From Callorhinchus milii (taxonomy: Eukaryota): DNA of 64,000 nucleotides. Location of the stretch: positions 110,548,001-110,612,000 of the forward strand of contig NW_024704743.1 in assembly GCF_018977255.1 (NCBI RefSeq), given 5' to 3'. Each line of letters opens with the position of its first letter. The stretch's first letter is position 1. Position numbers and translations under genes: made by a program. The notes below the pieces were generated by a model. That model was not told where the DNA came from. It ran no database searches and saw nothing but the letters and a program-made list of their open reading frames with translations. Of this stretch, positions 60,991 to 64,000 are shown piece by piece.

Positions 60991-62698
60991 GCAGACCAAA
61001 TCTGGGTCTCCCTCCTAAGCAGATTCAAGTTCACTGCCACAGGCAATGATAGGGAGAGTTACAGTGCTATATTGTGATGGCTGTCAGTCTGGTAAGACCC
61101 CAAGAGATTCCCAGGGAAGGCAACAAGAGGAAGTGTGCACCAAGAGCAGTGCACACCACAAACTGCTACCTTGTAACAGCAAATGTTTTAACACTTACGT
61201 TGCATTAATAACAATAGATTAAGTACACAGAGGTTACTAGAGTTACTAGACTGCACAAGTGACGCACTGCAAAAGGCAGTCAGATTATTTAAAATGTGTC
61301 CTGAAGTTTAATTATTGATAACTAAATTAATCTTATACTATACTCTGTTACAGTGGTATGTATTATGCATAGAAAGAATGCTTTCAGTAATCATTACAGT
61401 ACTGATTAAAAAAAGGACTGTTCATAAGTAGTCCATGAGATCATTTTTCCTGCAGTAGGATCAGGACAAGCTGGTACAGTGAACTGAACAGTGAACTCAA
61501 ATTCCATGAATTGCAAAATAGTATTAATTTACAATTTCAAGTGAAGCATTAGATGTCTATCAAACAAAGCCAAATGGCCTCAATCGTGGTCTTAAAGAGC
61601 AAAAATAGTAGCTTATAAATAGGCTGTTCCCACTTGTTAATTAGTCCATAACCAGAGACATGAGTCGAAAAAACAATTTAAAAGGAACACAAAGAAGTTG
61701 GTGAGATTGTGCAACTTGTTGCTTCAAGCATTAGTTGAATCAATTAGTATAGAATAGATATGATAAATAGAACAGAACGTCATCGGTAACTTTTGACCGG
61801 GACAGTCTCGATCAAAGCAAAAAAAAGAGAAAAATAATTTTCCGTGAACTTAGTCTTTTGATTTATCCAAGATATAAACTAGGTGCCATAATTATGAACA
61901 TTGTCATTTCTATTTTTAAATAATTTTATCCCCAAATAAAATAGGTCATTCACTTCATGTATTTTTGCGGGTTGCTACTGTACCCAAATTGTTAGCTGCC
62001 TTTGCCTTCTCAGTAAAATGCTGTGAAGAGCTTTGAGAAATCTCAACAATGTGATAAAGCGCTATACCAAATGCAAGGATCATTATTATATACTGTATTA
62101 TTATTATAACATTGAACACATTTGTAGGGTGGTGTCCTAACAGAAAAATTACCAACTTTACACAATTATTATTATTATTTATGTAAATAAGTAGATTTGG
62201 GCCACAGATATAAATCAAGCTTGCACTTTCTCACCTTGCCATTGATATCATTGTTTGAAAGATGGACAGCACAGTTGGGTTTCTAATATAACAATCATAC
62301 AAATGGGAATATAATTCCCATTGTAAACCTCTCTGAAAAGGTCAGTAAATTTACTGACCGGCAGCAGTCTTTTGAAATATAAAGGAGTTGTTTAATTGTA
62401 CAATTGCAGAAATGGAAGAACCGGTTTACAACAGCTATATGATTGTTTTAACAATTGAGGACTCATCTTTAAATATTTGTGTTTATGTCATTTGATACTG
62501 TATAATCCGAAGATCTAAAGATAACAACAATGATTTATCTGATGGTTTTCGCAACATTGAACAAATACTTGCAGGTCCAAGAGTTAGCACGCACTCATTA
62601 TCCTTTTCATTATCATAGGACACCCAGGCCCCCATTGAAAAGTTGAAGAAAACAACATGCATCTATATCGCACCCTTGACATGCAGTAGCATGAAGCA

Positions 62699-63014
62699 AA
62701 TAATAATAATAATCCTTGCATTTGATATAGCGCTTTTCACGTCGGGAGGACGTCCCAAAGCGCTTCACAGAACACACTGTAAAGTGAATTGACTGTATAT
62801 TTGTGGGCAAACGCGGCAGCCAATTGCACACAGCAATGTCCCACAAACAGTCATAGATTGAAAATGACCGATTTAATTATTGTTTTTGTTTTTGGAGGGA
62901 TTATTATTAGGCGTGTGGAGTAAGGAAACTTGCCCAAGGTTTCGCCCTGTCTGGAATTGAACTCAGGTCTCTCGCTTGCAAAACGAGTGCTCTAACCACT
63001 GAGCTACAGGACTC
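62699..63014 (-). mobile_element. Full-length tRNA-derived SINE (short subtype)
   Basis: Head, body and tail near-identical to 39455-39771. Confidence 0.93.
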
Positions 63015-63289
63015 TAGAAAGGTAATTGTAAATAAGAAGCCAGTAAAGGATGATACTGAAATCAGAAAAGATACAGGACAAACCATGTTGCTCAGAGAGC
63101 AGAGGCAGAAATGTTTTATGATCTTAGCTTTAAGAACATTGTCGTAAAAGATATGTTTATCCAAAACCACGGTGTTTCAAATGCAATGCTGCGAAATGGA
63201 TTCAACTCGATAAATAAATGCCACATTGGATTTGTTATGAAACATTGCATTTTTCTCACTCCCTAGTGTTATGATCATCGGCCATGTCA

Positions 63290-63610
63290 ACCTGAACTCT
63301 GCAGGCTCCAGCCTGCTCCAAGGCCCCACCCCAACCCACCCCACCGTCGGCTATTGGGCCTTAAGCCTCTCTATCCCAACCCTTTGGAAATCCATCCCTC
63401 ATTCCCTTCAACTTGCTCCCTCCCTTGCCTCCTTCAAGGCACGTTTCAAGACCCTACTCTTTGACCGCACCTTCGGCCACCCTCCTACCCTTCCTGCCCT
63501 CCACCCCTCCTGATCCCAAGCCCCTGCTTGGGTCCAAATCCCTGACTGTCCAATGCCTTGGGATGTCCTCCCGACGTTAAAGCCCTATACAAATGTAATT
63601 TGTTGTTAGT
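63290..63610 (+). mobile_element. L2 3' fragment
   Basis: PTLWKSIPHSL...SFKARFKTLLF; tail similar to SINE tail. Confidence 0.75.
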
Positions 63611-63647
63611 CATTTCACCTGAATGTATCATAATAAAATATATAAGA

Positions 63648-64000
63648 ATAATCCTTGCAATTGATATAGCGCTTTTCACGTCTTCTAGACATCCCAAAGC
63701 GCTTTACAGAATATTCTGTAAAGTGAATCAACTGTATATTTGTGGGCGAACGAGGAAGCCAATTGCGCACAGCAATGTCCCACAAATAGTCGTGGATTGA
63801 AAATGACCAACGTCTCAAAGCTCTTCACAGAACTGTAAAGTGGATTGACTGTGTATTTTAGTGGGTGAAACGCGGCAGCCAATTGCACACAGCAGTGTCG
63901 CACAAACGGTGGTGGAGTGAGCGACCCCAAAGTATTTTTTGGAGGAGATTATTACTACTGGAAAGCGATCCACCAATTGTCTGACAACCGGGTTCCAAAT
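63648..64000 (-). mobile_element. Two adjacent or nested SINE fragments
   Basis: Two successive body segments. Confidence 0.8.

Noticed and set aside
1..64000. CRISPR array or prokaryotic system
   Set aside because: Eukaryotic intron-exon and retroposon landscape; the tandem repeats have no unique spacers

Overview
Vertebrate genomic DNA. The repeat content (CR1 and L2 LINEs, abundant tRNA-Ala-headed SINEs with an L2-type tail, a Penelope-type relic) suggests a cartilaginous fish, possibly a chimaera; this is inference. The left 27.6 kb holds one spliced minus-strand gene. I reconstructed it by hand as 22 coding exons with GT-AG boundaries and continuous phase (2643 nt, about 880 aa). The protein combines an N-terminal TSG101-type UEV domain, a linker, a PARP14/NMI/IFI35-type RRM-like domain, a short UBA-like segment and a complete HOIP/RNF31-type RING1-IBR-RING2-LDD linear-ubiquitin ligase module. 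I see no PUB or NZF domains. A 1.8 kb GC-box/G-quadruplex minisatellite lies directly upstream of the start codon, and a tandem ISRE lies in intron 1, suggesting an interferon-inducible, non-canonical HOIP paralogue. The remaining ~35 kb is repeat-rich intergenic DNA with no recognisable gene. It does contain a 190-bp inverted copy of one of the gene's introns fused to a SINE, a 91-bp palindrome, nested SINEs, a local duplication and an unclassified repeat family. Domain calls come from remembered sequence similarity, not searches. Repeat boundaries are approximate.
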